Shown: positions 40,641 to 52,340, counted from the stretch's first letter. The stretch: 64,000 nucleotides of DNA from Roseomonas sp. (GCA_020249775.1 JADCFA010000019.1:27463-91462), one strand, 5' to 3'. Numbers and translations: made by a program. The notes: generated by a model not told the origin, from the letters alone.

Positions 40641-41606
40641 ATGTTGGAACGTCGTACCCTGTTGGCGCTTGCCGGAAGCGCCTTGGCCAGCCCTGCCCTG
40701 GCGCAAAGCCGTTACCCGTCGCGACCCATTCGCGTGATTGTGCCCTTTGCGGCCGGCGGCATCATTGATGTGGTTGCGCGCATCGTGACAGAGCCCCTGC
40801 CACGCGTGTTGGGTCAGCCTGTTGTGGTGGAAAATCAACCGGGGGCGGGCAGCACTATCGGTGCGCGGGCTGTGGCGCGAGCAGCGCCGGATGGGCATAC
40901 GCTATTGCTGAATGGTGCGGCGCATAGCGTGATTCCGGCGCTTTACCCGGATGTCGGTTTCGATTCGATCACTGATTTCATCCCGATTTCTACATTGGGC
41001 GATCAAAGCTTTCTGGTGGCGGTGCATCCATCATTGCCGGTGCGTGATGTGCCGCAATTGCTGGCCTGGCTGCGTGATAAGCGCGGGGAAGCGACCTTCG
41101 CCACCACCGGCATTGGTGCCGCTTCGCATCTGGCCGGTGAATTGCTGAAGAAGCTTGCCGGCGTGGATTTCACGATTGTGCAATATCGCGGCACGCCGGC
41201 GGCGGTGACGGATTTCATGGCAGGCCGTGTTGATTTCATGATTGATAGCCAAACACTGCTCGCCCCTTTGGTGCGCGATGGCCGCGCGCGCGGCCTCGCG
41301 GTGACCACCCCGCGGCGTTCGCAATTGCTGCCTGATTTGCCGACACTTCAGGAAGCGGGTGTCGCGGGTTACGCTGCTTCATCGTGGCAGGCGCTTTATG
41401 CGCCGGCAGGCACACAAGCCGAGATCGTCACCATACTTTCAACCGCGGTAACGGCGGTGTTGAATGATCCCGCCATTCGCCAGCGCTTTGCCGATGCCGG
41501 CGTTGATCCGCTGCCAAATGATCCCGCTGCATCCGCGCGCTTCATTCGTGCCGAGACCGACAAATGGGTGCCGATCCTGCGCGCAACGGGCGCGAAGCCT
41601 GGCTGA
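40641..41606 (+). CDS. Bug/TctC-family substrate-binding protein
   Basis: It has a signal peptide, then YPSRPIRVIVPFAAGGIIDVVARI and a C-terminal ETDKWVPILRATGAKPG. Confidence 0.85.
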   Translation: MLERRTLLALAGSALASPALAQSRYPSRPIRVIVPFAAGGIIDVVARIVTEPLPRVLGQPVVVENQPGAGSTIGARAVARAAPDGHTLLLNGAAHSVIPALYPDVGFDSITDFIPISTLGDQSFLVAVHPSLPVRDVPQLLAWLRDKRGEATFATTGIGAASHLAGELLKKLAGVDFTIVQYRGTPAAVTDFMAGRVDFMIDSQTLLAPLVRDGRARGLAVTTPRRSQLLPDLPTLQEAGVAGYAASSWQALYAPAGTQAEIVTILSTAVTAVLNDPAIRQRFADAGVDPLPNDPAASARFIRAETDKWVPILRATGAKPG

Positions 41607-41608
41607 AT

Positions 41609-43606
41609 TCAGTCGCCATCCGCAGCGGCGAATTGAATCAGGATTTGCCCTTCGCGCACGGTTTCACCAACCCGGCAGGAAATGGTTTCAATCCTACCGG
41701 CGCGTGGTGCGGTCAGGCGAAAGACAGTCTTCATCGCCTCAAGCACTGCAAGCACATCGCCGCGCGCGACTTCCTGGCCTTCGCTGGCCAATAGCTGCGT
41801 GACCTGCCCGGGCAGGGGTGCCAGCAGCCGGTCATCACCGCCTTCTTCCTCACCAGCGCGCGCGATGGGGTCCGGCAGGCGGAAGCGCCAGCTTTGTCCG
41901 GCATGGCGCAGATTAATGTTTTCCCCGGCCCGATGGATGGAAGCGGAAAGCCGCATGCCATCCAGCAGCGCATGAATGCGCCCATCGTCAAGCTTGGCGT
42001 GGCGCGCGATGATTGCAGTATCGCCCGCCGAGATGCGCCAGCCATCCGCTGAAGGTATCAGGGTAACGGCATGCACCTCATCATCAAGGTGGAAATCAAA
42101 TAGGCGGGATGGGCGCGTATTGATCCACCAATGATCCGTTGCATGCCAGGGTGAATACGGATCGGCGCTGGTCGCCGCCTGGGCCCGCGCGGCCTCTTCC
42201 TCCAAGGCAAGCACGCCAAGCGCGGTAAGGGCCAGCGTTTGCGCGGAAGGTTGCAGCCTTGGCGTCAGCAATGTTTCGGCGTTGCGCCCAATGAAGCCGG
42301 TATCAATGCTGCCTGCCGCGAAATCTGGGTGCGCCAGAATACGATCCAACATATCCAGATTATGCGCGACACCAATAATGTCCGAATGCGCCAGGCCAGC
42401 ACGCAGCCGGGCAATCGCCTCTGCACGGCTTGGAGCATGGGCAATCATTTTCGCAACCATGGCATCATAATGGATGCTGATGCGATCGCCGGCGACGAAG
42501 CCTGAATCAATTCGCAAGCCCTGATTGGAAAGCCGGAACACCTGAAGCACACCAATAGAGGGTGCAAAATCCCGCGCCGGATCTTCGGCGTAAAGGCGGA
42601 GTTCCATCGCGTGCCCTTGGGCGCGGATATCTTGCTGCTGCGCCGGAAGCTTTTCGCCTGCCGCCACGCGCAATTGCCATTCCACCAGATCAAAACCGGT
42701 GATGGCCTCGGTCACTGGGTGCTCCACCTGCAAGCGCGTATTCATTTCTAGAAAATAGAAGCCGCCATCCTGCGCGATGAATTCAACCGTGCCGGCGCCC
42801 TGGTATTGCACAGTCTTGGCGGCGGCCACCGCAGCGGCACCCATGGCGTTGCGCATTTCAGCGCTGATGCCAGGCGCGGGGGCTTCCTCGATCACCTTCT
42901 GGTGGCGGCGCTGGGCAGAGCAATCGCGTTCGAACAAATGCACTGCATTACCATGGCTATCGCCAAACACCTGCACTTCGATATGGCGCGGGCGTTCCAG
43001 ATAGCGTTCGATCAGCACCCGATCATCACCAAAGGCCGAGGCGCCTTCCTGTCGTGCGGCACGCAGCGCATCTGCGAAATCGCTCGCGTCCCGCACCACG
43101 CGCATCCCCCGCCCGCCACCGCCAGCGACTGCCTTGATTACCAGCGGGAAGCCGATGCGCAGTGCCTCACCGGCCAGGAAATCTGCATCCTGTTCCACGC
43201 CGTGATAGCCAGGCAACAGCGGCACACCGGCCTTTTCCATCAACGCCTTGGCCGAGCCCTTGGAACCCATGGCGCGCATGGCAGAAGCTGTTGGGCCAAC
43301 AAAGATTATTCCCGCATCCGCGCAGGCTTCCGCAAAGGCAGGGTTTTCCGACAGAAACCCATAACCAGGATGGATCGCATCCGCCCCAGCGCGCTTCGCG
43401 GCGGCGATAATGGCAGCGATGTTCAGGTAACTTTCGCGCGCGGGCGCGGCACCGATATGGATGGCCTCATCAGCCATTTGCACATGCTGTGCGGTTTCAT
43501 CTGCGTCTGAAAATACCGCAATACTGCGCAACCCCATGCGGCGCGCGGTGCGGATAATTCGGCAGGCGATTTCGCCGCGATTGGCAATCAGCAGGTTCTG
43601 GAACAT
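41609..43606 (-). CDS. mccA: methylcrotonyl-CoA carboxylase alpha subunit (biotin carboxylase + BCCP)
   Basis: It begins MFQNLLIANRGEIACRIIRTARRMG and has a C-terminal biotinyl motif, EAMKT. It is adjacent to the carboxyltransferase subunit and ivd. Confidence 0.85.
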   Translation of the reverse strand: MFQNLLIANRGEIACRIIRTARRMGLRSIAVFSDADETAQHVQMADEAIHIGAAPARESYLNIAAIIAAAKRAGADAIHPGYGFLSENPAFAEACADAGIIFVGPTASAMRAMGSKGSAKALMEKAGVPLLPGYHGVEQDADFLAGEALRIGFPLVIKAVAGGGGRGMRVVRDASDFADALRAARQEGASAFGDDRVLIERYLERPRHIEVQVFGDSHGNAVHLFERDCSAQRRHQKVIEEAPAPGISAEMRNAMGAAAVAAAKTVQYQGAGTVEFIAQDGGFYFLEMNTRLQVEHPVTEAITGFDLVEWQLRVAAGEKLPAQQQDIRAQGHAMELRLYAEDPARDFAPSIGVLQVFRLSNQGLRIDSGFVAGDRISIHYDAMVAKMIAHAPSRAEAIARLRAGLAHSDIIGVAHNLDMLDRILAHPDFAAGSIDTGFIGRNAETLLTPRLQPSAQTLALTALGVLALEEEAARAQAATSADPYSPWHATDHWWINTRPSRLFDFHLDDEVHAVTLIPSADGWRISAGDTAIIARHAKLDDGRIHALLDGMRLSASIHRAGENINLRHAGQSWRFRLPDPIARAGEEEGGDDRLLAPLPGQVTQLLASEGQEVARGDVLAVLEAMKTVFRLTAPRAGRIETISCRVGETVREGQILIQFAAADGD

Positions 43607-43615
43607 GGCCGCCCC

Positions 43616-45223
43616 CTACATCCGGAACACGCCGAAGCGTGTCTGTTCAATCGGTGCATTGCAGGCAACCGCGAGCGACAACCCAAGAATACGCCGTGTG
43701 TCAGCGGGGTTGATGATGCCATCATCCCAAAGCCGCGCGCTGGCGTGATAGGGATGGCCTTCGGTTTCATATTTGGCGCGGATTGGGGCTTTGAAGGCTT
43801 CTTCCTCCTCCCCTGGCCATGGCTTGCCCTGCGCTTCCATATTGTCGCGCCGGAGTTGCGCCAGCACGCTGGCGGCCTGTTCGCCGCCCATGACGGAAAT
43901 CCGCGCATTGGGCCACATGAACATGAAGCGCGGATCATAAGCGCGCCCGCACATGCCGTAATTGCCGGCACCATAGCTGCCGCCGATCACCACGGTGAAT
44001 TTCGGCACGCCTGCGGTCGCAACCGCTGTCACCAGCTTCGCGCCATCCCGCGCAATGCCGCCGGCTTCATATTTCCGCCCCACCATAAAGCCCGAGATAT
44101 TTTGCAGAAAAAGCAGCGGAATGCCGCGCTGGCAGCAAAGTTCAATGAAATGTGCACCCTTCAGCGCGGATTCCGAAAAAAGGATGCCATTATTGGCAAG
44201 AATGCCGATGGGATAGCCATGGATATGCGCGAAGCCGCACACCAGGGTTGTGCCATATAGCCGCTTGAACTCGTCAAACTCACTGCCATCCGTGAGGCGC
44301 GCGATCACTTCCCGCACATCATAGGGTGCGCGGATATCGGCAGGCACGACGCCCAGCAATTCGCGTTCATCATAAAGCGGCGCGCGCGGTGCGCGTAGCA
44401 CCAATTGCGGCGCAATCCGTGGCCCAAGGCCAGCGACGATGCGCCGACAAATCGCCAAGGCATGGCGATCATCCTGCGCGTAATGATCCACCACACCGGA
44501 TTGGCGCGCATGTACATCCGCACCGCCCAATTCCTCGGCTGTGACAACCTCTCCGGTTGCAGCGCGCACCAAAGGCGGGCCGCCCAGAAAGATGGTGCCC
44601 TGTTGGCGGACGATGATGCTCTCATCCGACATGGCGGGGACATAGGCGCCGCCTGCGGTGCAGCTTCCCATCACCACGGCGATTTGCGGAATGCCTTCCG
44701 CCGACATATTCGCTTGGTTGAAAAAGATGCGCCCGAAATGCTCTCGGTCCGGGAAGATCTCGTCCTGTTGCGGCAGAAAGGCGCCACCGGAATCCACCAG
44801 ATAAATGCAGGGCAGGCGATTGGCGCGGGCGATTTCCTGCGCGCGCACATGCTTCTTCACCGTCATCGGGAAATAGGTGCCACCCTTCACTGTGGCGTCA
44901 TTGGCGATGATCACGCATTCACGGCCCGTCACGCGCCCAATGCCGGAGATAATGCCAGCACAAGGCACCTCCCCACCATAAAGCCCATGGGCGGCAAGCT
45001 GAGACAATTCCAGAAAAGGTGAGCCCGGATCAATCAGTGCGCGCACGCGTTCGCGCGGCAGCAGCTTATTGCGCGCCAGGTGCTTGTCCCGCGCAGTCTT
45101 GCCGCCGCCCTGTTCCGCCAGGGCGATGGTTCTTTCCAAATCCGCCACCAGCGTCGCCATGGCTGCGGCATTGGCGGCGAAGTTCTCACTGCCCGTATCG
45201 AGCGTGCTGCGCAAAATGCTCAT
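43616..45223 (-). CDS. mccB: methylcrotonyl-CoA carboxylase beta (carboxyltransferase) subunit
   Basis: It is a 535-aa carboxyltransferase-fold protein. It overlaps ivd and lies next to the biotin carboxylase subunit. Confidence 0.85.
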   Translation of the reverse strand: MSILRSTLDTGSENFAANAAAMATLVADLERTIALAEQGGGKTARDKHLARNKLLPRERVRALIDPGSPFLELSQLAAHGLYGGEVPCAGIISGIGRVTGRECVIIANDATVKGGTYFPMTVKKHVRAQEIARANRLPCIYLVDSGGAFLPQQDEIFPDREHFGRIFFNQANMSAEGIPQIAVVMGSCTAGGAYVPAMSDESIIVRQQGTIFLGGPPLVRAATGEVVTAEELGGADVHARQSGVVDHYAQDDRHALAICRRIVAGLGPRIAPQLVLRAPRAPLYDERELLGVVPADIRAPYDVREVIARLTDGSEFDEFKRLYGTTLVCGFAHIHGYPIGILANNGILFSESALKGAHFIELCCQRGIPLLFLQNISGFMVGRKYEAGGIARDGAKLVTAVATAGVPKFTVVIGGSYGAGNYGMCGRAYDPRFMFMWPNARISVMGGEQAASVLAQLRRDNMEAQGKPWPGEEEEAFKAPIRAKYETEGHPYHASARLWDDGIINPADTRRILGLSLAVACNAPIEQTRFGVFRM

Positions 45224-46398
45224 GCGGTTTCGCGGAACAATTCCCGCCCGATCAGCATGCGTCGGATTTCCGATGTGCCGGCGCCAATCTCATACAGCTT
45301 GGCGTCACGCAGCAGCCGGCCCGTTGCGTAGTCATTGATATAGCCATTGCCGCCGAGGCATTGGATGGCTTCCAGCGTCATCCAGGTGGCTTTTTCGGCT
45401 GCGTATAAAATGGCGCCGGCGGCATCCTTGCGCGTAGTCTGGCCGCGATCGCACGCCTTGGCGACGGTGTAGATATAGGATTTCGCCGCATTCATGGTGG
45501 TGTACATATCGGCGATTTTGGCCTGCATGATCTGGAATTCACCAATCGCCTGACCGAATTGCTTGCGTTCATGCACATAGGGCAGCACGATATCCATGCA
45601 GGCCTGCATGATACCAAGCGGCCCGGCGGCCAGCACAGCGCGTTCATAATCAAGCCCACTCATCAGCACACGCACACCGCCATTGAGTTCGCCGAGCACA
45701 TTTTCTGCGGGCACTTCACAATCCTGAAACACCAATTCGCCGGTATTGGACCCGCGCATGCCAAGCTTGTCGAGCTTTTGTGCGCATGAAAAACCGGGAA
45801 AGCTCCTTTCGACCAGAAAGGCGGTGATGCCTTTCGGGCCGGCGGACGGATCGGTCTTGGCATAGATCACCAGCACATCCGCATCCGGGCCATTGGTGAT
45901 CCACATTTTCGTGCCGTTCAGCACATAGCGATCACCACGCTTTTCAGCGCGCAGCCGCATGGAAACCACATCTGAACCGGCGCCCGGTTCACTCATCGCC
46001 AGCGCGCCCACATGCTCACCGGAAATCAGCTTGGACAGATAGCGCCGCTTCTGATCTTCCGTGCCATTGCGCCTGATTTGGTTCACGCAAAGATTGGAAT
46101 GCGCACCATAGGAAAGCCCGACCGAGGCTGAAGCGCGGGAGATTTCCTCCATGGCGATGACATGGTCCAGATAGCCCATGCCGGCGCCGCCATATTCTTC
46201 CTCAACCGTAATGCCGAGCACACCAAGATCGCCGAATTTACGCCACAGATCGGCAGGGAAGTCGTTGGTCTTGTCTATATCCGCAGCGCGCGGCGCGATT
46301 TCAGCAGCCGAGAATGCCGCCACCTGGTCGCGCAGCATATCCGCGGTCTCACCCAGATCAAAATCAAGCCCCGGAAGGCGGTTCGGGATGTTTGCCAT
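45220..46398 (-). CDS. ivd: isovaleryl-CoA dehydrogenase
   Basis: It has the ACAD fold and ends in [20 protein letters not shown]. It is the first gene of the ivd-mccB-mccA order. The start is the ATG at 46398. Confidence 0.85.
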   Translation of the reverse strand: MANIPNRLPGLDFDLGETADMLRDQVAAFSAAEIAPRAADIDKTNDFPADLWRKFGDLGVLGITVEEEYGGAGMGYLDHVIAMEEISRASASVGLSYGAHSNLCVNQIRRNGTEDQKRRYLSKLISGEHVGALAMSEPGAGSDVVSMRLRAEKRGDRYVLNGTKMWITNGPDADVLVIYAKTDPSAGPKGITAFLVERSFPGFSCAQKLDKLGMRGSNTGELVFQDCEVPAENVLGELNGGVRVLMSGLDYERAVLAAGPLGIMQACMDIVLPYVHERKQFGQAIGEFQIMQAKIADMYTTMNAAKSYIYTVAKACDRGQTTRKDAAGAILYAAEKATWMTLEAIQCLGGNGYINDYATGRLLRDAKLYEIGAGTSEIRRMLIGRELFRETA

Positions 46399-46534
46399 GC
46401 ATGACCTGTTGCGTTTCTGAGATTGAGGAGCCGGGAAGATAGGGGCCGGCGGCCGGAAGGCCAAGGAAATATTGCAATAATCGCTGCGCCCCGCCAAGAA
46501 TGCGCCACAGAGAGAAGCCCCAGGGAGACTGCCG

Positions 46535-48229
46535 ATGACGAGCCCCGCCCTTAGCTACGTGACCGGCCAAAGCAATCAGCCTTTGATTGGCGAAACCATT
46601 GGCCTGAATTTCGACCGGACCATTGCCCAATGGGGCGATCGCCCGGGCCTGATTGTGCGCCAACAGGGCATTCGCTGGAGCTATGCGGAATTGGGTGCGA
46701 AGGTGGATGCCTTCGCCGCCGGGCTGCTGGCGCTAGGGCTGCAACCAGGTGAAAGGGTTGGCATCTGGTCGCCCAATAATGCGGAATGGGTCATTACCCA
46801 ATTTGCCACTGCCAAGGCAGGGCTGGTGCTGGTAAATATCAATCCGGCCTATCGGCTTTCTGAGCTTGAATATGCGCTGAACAAGGTAGGTTGCCGCGCG
46901 CTGATTATCGCGACACGCTTCAAGACATCCGATTATGTCGGCATGGTGAATACCCTGGCGCCGGAATTGGCGCGCGCCTTGCCTGGCCGACTGACGGCGG
47001 AGAAGCTGCCAAAGCTTGAGATGGTGATTGAAATCAACGCGACCCCATCCCCCGGTATGATTCCCTTCCACAGCATTCTGGAAATGGGCGCGGCGGCGCA
47101 TCATGAACGTCTGCGCGATCTGGCCGGCAAGCTGCAATTTGATGATCCGATCAACATCCAATTCACGTCCGGCACCACCGGCGCGCCCAAGGGCGCGACG
47201 CTGACGCATCATAACATTCTCAATAACGGCTTCTTCATCGGGGAAGCGATGAAGCTGACACCGCAGGACAAGCTTTGCATTCCGGTCCCGCTCTATCATT
47301 GCTTTGGTATGGTGCTGGGCAACCTGGCCTGCACCACGCATGGCACAGCCATGGTCTATCCGGGTGAGGGGTTTGATCCGCTGGCAACGCTGCAAACCGT
47401 GGCGGAAGAACGCTGCACCGGCCTGCATGGCGTGCCCACCATGTTCATCGCACAAATGGAACATCCGCAATTCGCAAGCTTCGATCTTTCATCGCTGCGC
47501 ACGGGCATCATGGCCGGCGCACCCTGCCCGATTGAGGTGATGCGGCGCGCGGTGGATACGATGAATCTGCGCGAAATCACCATCGCCTATGGGATGACCG
47601 AAACCAGCCCGGTCAGTTTCCAAACCAGCGTGGATGATCCGCTTGATCGGCGTGTTTCCACCGTGGGGCGCGTGCAGCCGCATCTGGAAGTGAAGATCAT
47701 AGACAGTGAAGGCCGCATCGTGCCGCGCGGCGTGCCGGGAGAGCTTTGCACGCGCGGCTATGCGGTGATGCTCGGCTATTGGGAAGACGCGGAACGCACC
47801 GCGCAAGCGATTGATGCCGCGCGTTGGATGCATACCGGCGATCTGGCGACGATTGATGAGGAAGGTTTCTGCAATATCGTTGGTCGGATCAAGGATATGG
47901 TGATCCGTGGCGGGGAGAATATCTACCCGCGGGAGGTGGAGGAATTTCTCTATCGCCACCCCAAGATTGAAGATGTACAGGTATTCGGCGTGCCTGATCA
48001 GCGCTTTGGCGAGGAACTCTGCGCCTGGATCAAGTTGCGCGCGCATGAACACATGACCGCGGATGATGTGCGCGCCTTCTGTGCGGGGCAGATCGCGCAT
48101 TACAAGGTGCCGCGGCATATCAAATTCGTGGAAGGCTTCCCCATGACAGTGACTGGCAAGATGCAGAAATTCATCATGCGTGATGAAATGACCCGCGAAT
48201 TGGGCTTGCAAGAAGCGAAGACAGCCTGA
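46535..48229 (+). CDS. AMP-dependent acyl-CoA synthetase/ligase
   Basis: It has the AMP-binding motif [18 protein letters not shown] and the late motifs [11 protein letters not shown] and VTGKMQK. Confidence 0.88.
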   Translation: MTSPALSYVTGQSNQPLIGETIGLNFDRTIAQWGDRPGLIVRQQGIRWSYAELGAKVDAFAAGLLALGLQPGERVGIWSPNNAEWVITQFATAKAGLVLVNINPAYRLSELEYALNKVGCRALIIATRFKTSDYVGMVNTLAPELARALPGRLTAEKLPKLEMVIEINATPSPGMIPFHSILEMGAAAHHERLRDLAGKLQFDDPINIQFTSGTTGAPKGATLTHHNILNNGFFIGEAMKLTPQDKLCIPVPLYHCFGMVLGNLACTTHGTAMVYPGEGFDPLATLQTVAEERCTGLHGVPTMFIAQMEHPQFASFDLSSLRTGIMAGAPCPIEVMRRAVDTMNLREITIAYGMTETSPVSFQTSVDDPLDRRVSTVGRVQPHLEVKIIDSEGRIVPRGVPGELCTRGYAVMLGYWEDAERTAQAIDAARWMHTGDLATIDEEGFCNIVGRIKDMVIRGGENIYPREVEEFLYRHPKIEDVQVFGVPDQRFGEELCAWIKLRAHEHMTADDVRAFCAGQIAHYKVPRHIKFVEGFPMTVTGKMQKFIMRDEMTRELGLQEAKTA

Positions 48230-48230
48230 A

Positions 48231-49556
48231 GTGATGAGCAACAGCCTTTTCGCCTCGGAATTCAAGACCCGCCCTTGGTGGTGGGAAGCGGCGGAACCGC
48301 CGACGCGCGACAACGCCTTGCCGGATCACACGCCGGTGGCGGTGATTGGCGGCGGCTATGCCGGGCTTTCGGCCGCGCTTAGTCTCGCACGGCTTGGCCA
48401 TCAGGTGACGGTGCTGGATGCGGAACGCATCGGCTGGGGCGCATCTTCGCGCAATGGGGGCATGGTGTCTGGCGGGCTCAAGGTGGCAAGCACGGCGCTG
48501 AAGGAAAAGCTTGGTGCGGAAAAGGCGCGCAACATCGCCATGGCCGCCGCAGCGTCCTTCCCCTTCATTGAAGAAACCATCGCGCGGGAAGGGATTGACT
48601 GCGACTATACACGTTGCGGGCGCTTTGTCGCGGCCTGGACGCCCAAGCATTATGACATGCTGGCGCGGCAATCCGATTACATCGCGGAAATCACCGGCCT
48701 GCCCACGGAAATGCTGCCGCCATCGCGCCAGCATGAGGCACTTGGGTCAGACCATTATTGCGGCGGCATGAAGGCTGGCGCCACGGGCAGTATCCATCCT
48801 GGCAAATATGCGCGCGGGCTTGCGGCAGCGGCGGAGCGCGCCGGCGCCAGGCTGGTGGATAACACGCGCGTTGGCGGCATTCGCGCTGATGGCTCTGGCT
48901 TTCGCATTGCGACCAATCGCGGCGAATTGCACGCCGATGCCGTGCTGGTCGCGACCAATGGCTATTCGCGCGGTGCGGATGGGCAAAGCGCCATGCCCTG
49001 GCTCGCGCGGCGCATGATCCCCGTCGCGTCCTACATTATCGCGACCGAAGAACTATCCGCTGAGACCATGGACCGGCTTTTCCCGGGCCGGCGCATGATC
49101 AGCGACACCAAGCGCGTGCTGAATTATTTTCGTCCAGCACCCTATGGAAATCGCATATTATGGGGTGGGCGCGCACGTTTCGGCCCCAATGCGCCGGAAG
49201 CCGCCGCGCCGCGCTTGCATGGCTTCATGACCGCAGTGTTTCCTGAGCTTAGCAAGGTGAAAATCACCCATGCCTGGACCGGGAATGTCGCCTTTACTTT
49301 CGATTTTCTGCCGCATATCGGTGTGCAGGATGGCATTCATTACGCGGCCGGCTGCCAGGGCTCAGGTGTCGCCATGGCAACCTGGCTTGGCCATAACGCC
49401 GCACTGAAAATTGCCGGTGCCGCCAATCAACGCTTCGCACTGGATGGTTTGGAATTCCCGACGGTTGCGCTTTACAACGGCAACCCGAATTGGTTCCTGC
49501 CCATCATCGGCGGTTGGTATCGCCTGCGCGATCGCATTGATCGGCTGGCGGCGTGA
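48231..49556 (+). CDS. FAD-dependent oxidoreductase (DAO family)
   Basis: It has the dinucleotide-binding motif VAVIGGGYAGLSAA and is 441 aa long. Confidence 0.8.
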   Translation: MMSNSLFASEFKTRPWWWEAAEPPTRDNALPDHTPVAVIGGGYAGLSAALSLARLGHQVTVLDAERIGWGASSRNGGMVSGGLKVASTALKEKLGAEKARNIAMAAAASFPFIEETIAREGIDCDYTRCGRFVAAWTPKHYDMLARQSDYIAEITGLPTEMLPPSRQHEALGSDHYCGGMKAGATGSIHPGKYARGLAAAAERAGARLVDNTRVGGIRADGSGFRIATNRGELHADAVLVATNGYSRGADGQSAMPWLARRMIPVASYIIATEELSAETMDRLFPGRRMISDTKRVLNYFRPAPYGNRILWGGRARFGPNAPEAAAPRLHGFMTAVFPELSKVKITHAWTGNVAFTFDFLPHIGVQDGIHYAAGCQGSGVAMATWLGHNAALKIAGAANQRFALDGLEFPTVALYNGNPNWFLPIIGGWYRLRDRIDRLAA

Positions 49557-49565
49557 AACGCGGCT

Positions 49566-50399
49566 TTACGTGAACTCAGCCAATACCGGCAAAAGATAGG
49601 GGCGCAGTGCGGCGTAATCCTCACTCATGGGGAAATGGCCAAGGCCCTTCATGATTTGTACCTTGGCGCCGGGGATGGCGGCGGCGGTCGCCTCGGTATC
49701 CTCGGGCTTGCAGGAATAATCATAATTGCCGGTCAGCATATGGACGGGGCAGCGCTTGGTATCAATGCGCGCCAGCTTCGGGCGCAAATCGCCTTCCCCC
49801 TTGTAGAAATGGAGATCACCGCGAAACACACCTGGCCCGCCCTGCATGTAATGCCAGAGCGTTTCCCAGCGCGAAGCGTCCGGCGCATGCGGGCCAATCA
49901 GGCCGGAGACGATGCCGCCGCATACCTCCCCACCATGCACATGCGGATGATGCAGCCAGGATGTGTCGTAATAGGGTGAAAGAAACGCCGCCGATTGCAG
50001 GCCTATCACGCCGCGCAATTCATCTGCATGTTCGGCCGCGAGATCCAGCACAATGCGCCCACCAATCGAACAGCCCATCACCACGGGCCGATCCAGGCCA
50101 AGGGCACGCGCCACCGCCATAATCATGCCCGTATAGCGCGCGGTGGTGAGTTGATAGGTCTCATTCTCCCACCCCTCAGGCGGGCTGGATTTGCCATGCC
50201 AGGGCATGTCAAAAGTCACGCAGCGAAAGCGTGCTGTCACTTCCGTATCATTCAACAGCCCGCGCCATTGCCGGCCATCACTGCCCGCTGTGTGCAGCAA
50301 CAATAATGGTATGCCCTGGCCGGCTTCCTCAAAATACAAGCGATGCGCCCGACCTTCGAGGTCAAGGCGCAGATAGCGCCCGGTGATGGCTTCGATCAT
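49566..50399 (-). CDS. alpha/beta-fold hydrolase
   Basis: It contains LLLLHTAGSD and the nucleophile elbow GCSIGG. The ATG at 50399 overlaps the stop of the upstream gene (ATGA). Confidence 0.75.
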   Translation of the reverse strand: MIEAITGRYLRLDLEGRAHRLYFEEAGQGIPLLLLHTAGSDGRQWRGLLNDTEVTARFRCVTFDMPWHGKSSPPEGWENETYQLTTARYTGMIMAVARALGLDRPVVMGCSIGGRIVLDLAAEHADELRGVIGLQSAAFLSPYYDTSWLHHPHVHGGEVCGGIVSGLIGPHAPDASRWETLWHYMQGGPGVFRGDLHFYKGEGDLRPKLARIDTKRCPVHMLTGNYDYSCKPEDTEATAAAIPGAKVQIMKGLGHFPMSEDYAALRPYLLPVLAEFT

Positions 50400-50761
50400 G
50401 TGCGGGGCTCCCTGAGGAGGGCGAGCACGCCCTTGAACCAAAAAATATGCGCCATGAACAGCGCGACATTGCCTTCCACCTTGAAGGTGCCAAGGCGCAC
50501 CAGCCCCATAATGTCATGCCAACCAGGCGGCGGCGGGTCTTGCAGGAAGCGCGCGAAATCCTCGGCGCCCGCGCGGATGGCAAGGTCATAGCTTGGCATG
50601 AGGGGAGGCGCGGGGTTGGCGGATATCAGCACCCCCTTATGGATCGCCAGAATCCAGGCAGCATCACCGACGCTGAAGAATACATCCGCCGTCAGGTCGC
50701 GCCCCCAGCGCTTCAGGCCAGGCGCGGCGGCGGCACGGGCGGGCAAGGCCGCGACATTCAT
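50396..50761 (-). CDS. small SCP2-like / hypothetical protein
   Basis: It is about 121 aa from the ATG at 50761 and is translationally coupled to the hydrolase. The family assignment is weak. Confidence 0.45.
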   Translation of the reverse strand: MNVAALPARAAAAPGLKRWGRDLTADVFFSVGDAAWILAIHKGVLISANPAPPLMPSYDLAIRAGAEDFARFLQDPPPPGWHDIMGLVRLGTFKVEGNVALFMAHIFWFKGVLALLREPRT

Positions 50762-50909
50762 GGTGAAACCCCCGCAACTGGCCCTGCCATGGTATCCTCC
50801 CCCAATCGGCTGGCGAGAGGTTAGGAAAGGCCGCGCGAGAGCGCAAACCCCCATGACCAGGCGCGCCGGTTGCGCTAGAACACTTCCCAAAAGCAATAGG
50901 GTTTCCGCC

Positions 50910-52340
50910 GTGGTTCAGATCACCTCGCCGCAATTCAAGAAAAACGCCGCCCGCGCTATGGGCGATGCCGGGCTGCAAAAGGCTTTGGGTAAGGCCAAAG
51001 GCGCCTTCCTGCAGCGCCGCGGCGATGCCGTGGCGCGCCTGCCGGAATTCGAGCAACTCCGAGAAATCGGGCGTGACATCAAGAACCACACCCTCGCTAA
51101 TCTGGATTTCTATTTGGAAACCTATGCCGCCAATGTGGAGGCCGCCGGCGGCAAGGTGCATTGGTGCTCCACCGCGGAAGAAGCCCGCGCTGCGGTGCTG
51201 GAGATTTGCCGCAATGCCGGCGCGAAGACCGTCACCAAGGGCAAATCCATGATCTCCGAAGAACTCGGGATCAATGACCATCTGGAAGCGCACGGGATTG
51301 AACCGGTCGAAACCGATCTTGGCGAATACATCATCCAGCTTCGGCGCGAACATCCATCCCATATCATTGCGCCGGCGTTCCATTTGAACCGAGAGGATTG
51401 GGAGAAATCCTTCCGTGAAATGCACACGGACCTGCCGAAGGATCGCGTATTCAGCGAAAGGCGCGATATCCTGACCGAAGCGCGCACCAAGCTGCGTCAT
51501 CGCTTCCTGGCCGCTGATGTCGGCATTACGGGTGCCAATTTCCTGATTGCGGAATCGGGCAGCAGTGTGATTGTCACCAATGAAGGCAATGGGGATCTGA
51601 CGCAAACTCTGCCGCGTGTGCATATTGCACTGGCGAGCATCGAAAAAATGGTGCCAACGCTGAATGATGCCTGCGCGCTGCTGCGCCTTTTGGCCCGTTC
51701 CGCCACGGGGCAGGATTTTTCAGTCTATACTACTTTTTCCACCGGCGGCCGGCGGCCGGGCGATTTGGATGGTCCGGAAGAATATCATGTCGTGCTGATT
51801 GATAATGGCCGGTCCAATATGTTCGGCACGGAATTTCAGGAAATGCTGCGCTGTATCCGCTGTGCCGCCTGCATGAATCACTGCCCGGTTTATGGCGTGA
51901 CAGGTGGGCATGCCTATGGTTGGGTCTATCCCGGCCCGATGGGGAGCGTGCTGACGCCAACGCTGATTGGCGTGGATAAGGCCGGGCATTTGCCCAATGC
52001 CTCGACCTTTTGTGGGCGCTGCGAATCCGTCTGCCCGGTCAAGATTCCCCTGCCGAAAATGATGCGCCATTGGCGCGAACGCGAATTTGAGCGGCATTTG
52101 TCGCCAGTTGCCGTACGGCGCAATCTTGGGCTTTGGGCCTATATCGCGCAGCGCCCGGCGCTCTATCGCATGGCGACGAAACTTGCCGTCAGTGCGCTTG
52201 GCCTAATGGCGCAGGGCAAGGGCGCGTTTCGGTCCTTGCCATTGGCTGGCGGTTGGACTCAGGGGCGGGATTTGCCGGTGCCGGAAGGTGGCACCTTCAT
52301 GGATCGCTACGCCAAAACCAAGCGCAATGGCGGGGCCTGA
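50910..52340 (+). CDS. lutB: LutB/LldF-family lactate-utilization iron-sulfur protein
   Basis: It has the ferredoxin motifs CIRCAACMNHCPVY and FCGRCESVCPVKIP. The GTG at 50910 gives about 476 aa, the typical LutB length. The upstream part of ORF 50598.. is antisense to another gene. Confidence 0.82.
   Translation: MVQITSPQFKKNAARAMGDAGLQKALGKAKGAFLQRRGDAVARLPEFEQLREIGRDIKNHTLANLDFYLETYAANVEAAGGKVHWCSTAEEARAAVLEICRNAGAKTVTKGKSMISEELGINDHLEAHGIEPVETDLGEYIIQLRREHPSHIIAPAFHLNREDWEKSFREMHTDLPKDRVFSERRDILTEARTKLRHRFLAADVGITGANFLIAESGSSVIVTNEGNGDLTQTLPRVHIALASIEKMVPTLNDACALLRLLARSATGQDFSVYTTFSTGGRRPGDLDGPEEYHVVLIDNGRSNMFGTEFQEMLRCIRCAACMNHCPVYGVTGGHAYGWVYPGPMGSVLTPTLIGVDKAGHLPNASTFCGRCESVCPVKIPLPKMMRHWREREFERHLSPVAVRRNLGLWAYIAQRPALYRMATKLAVSALGLMAQGKGAFRSLPLAGGWTQGRDLPVPEGGTFMDRYAKTKRNGGA

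Noticed and set aside
50598-50909. 104-codon N-terminal extension of the lutB ORF, considered as a possible LutA remnant
   Set aside because: It has no Cys-rich CCG motifs and overlaps the SCP2-like gene on the other strand. The GTG at 50910 gives the canonical LutB length.
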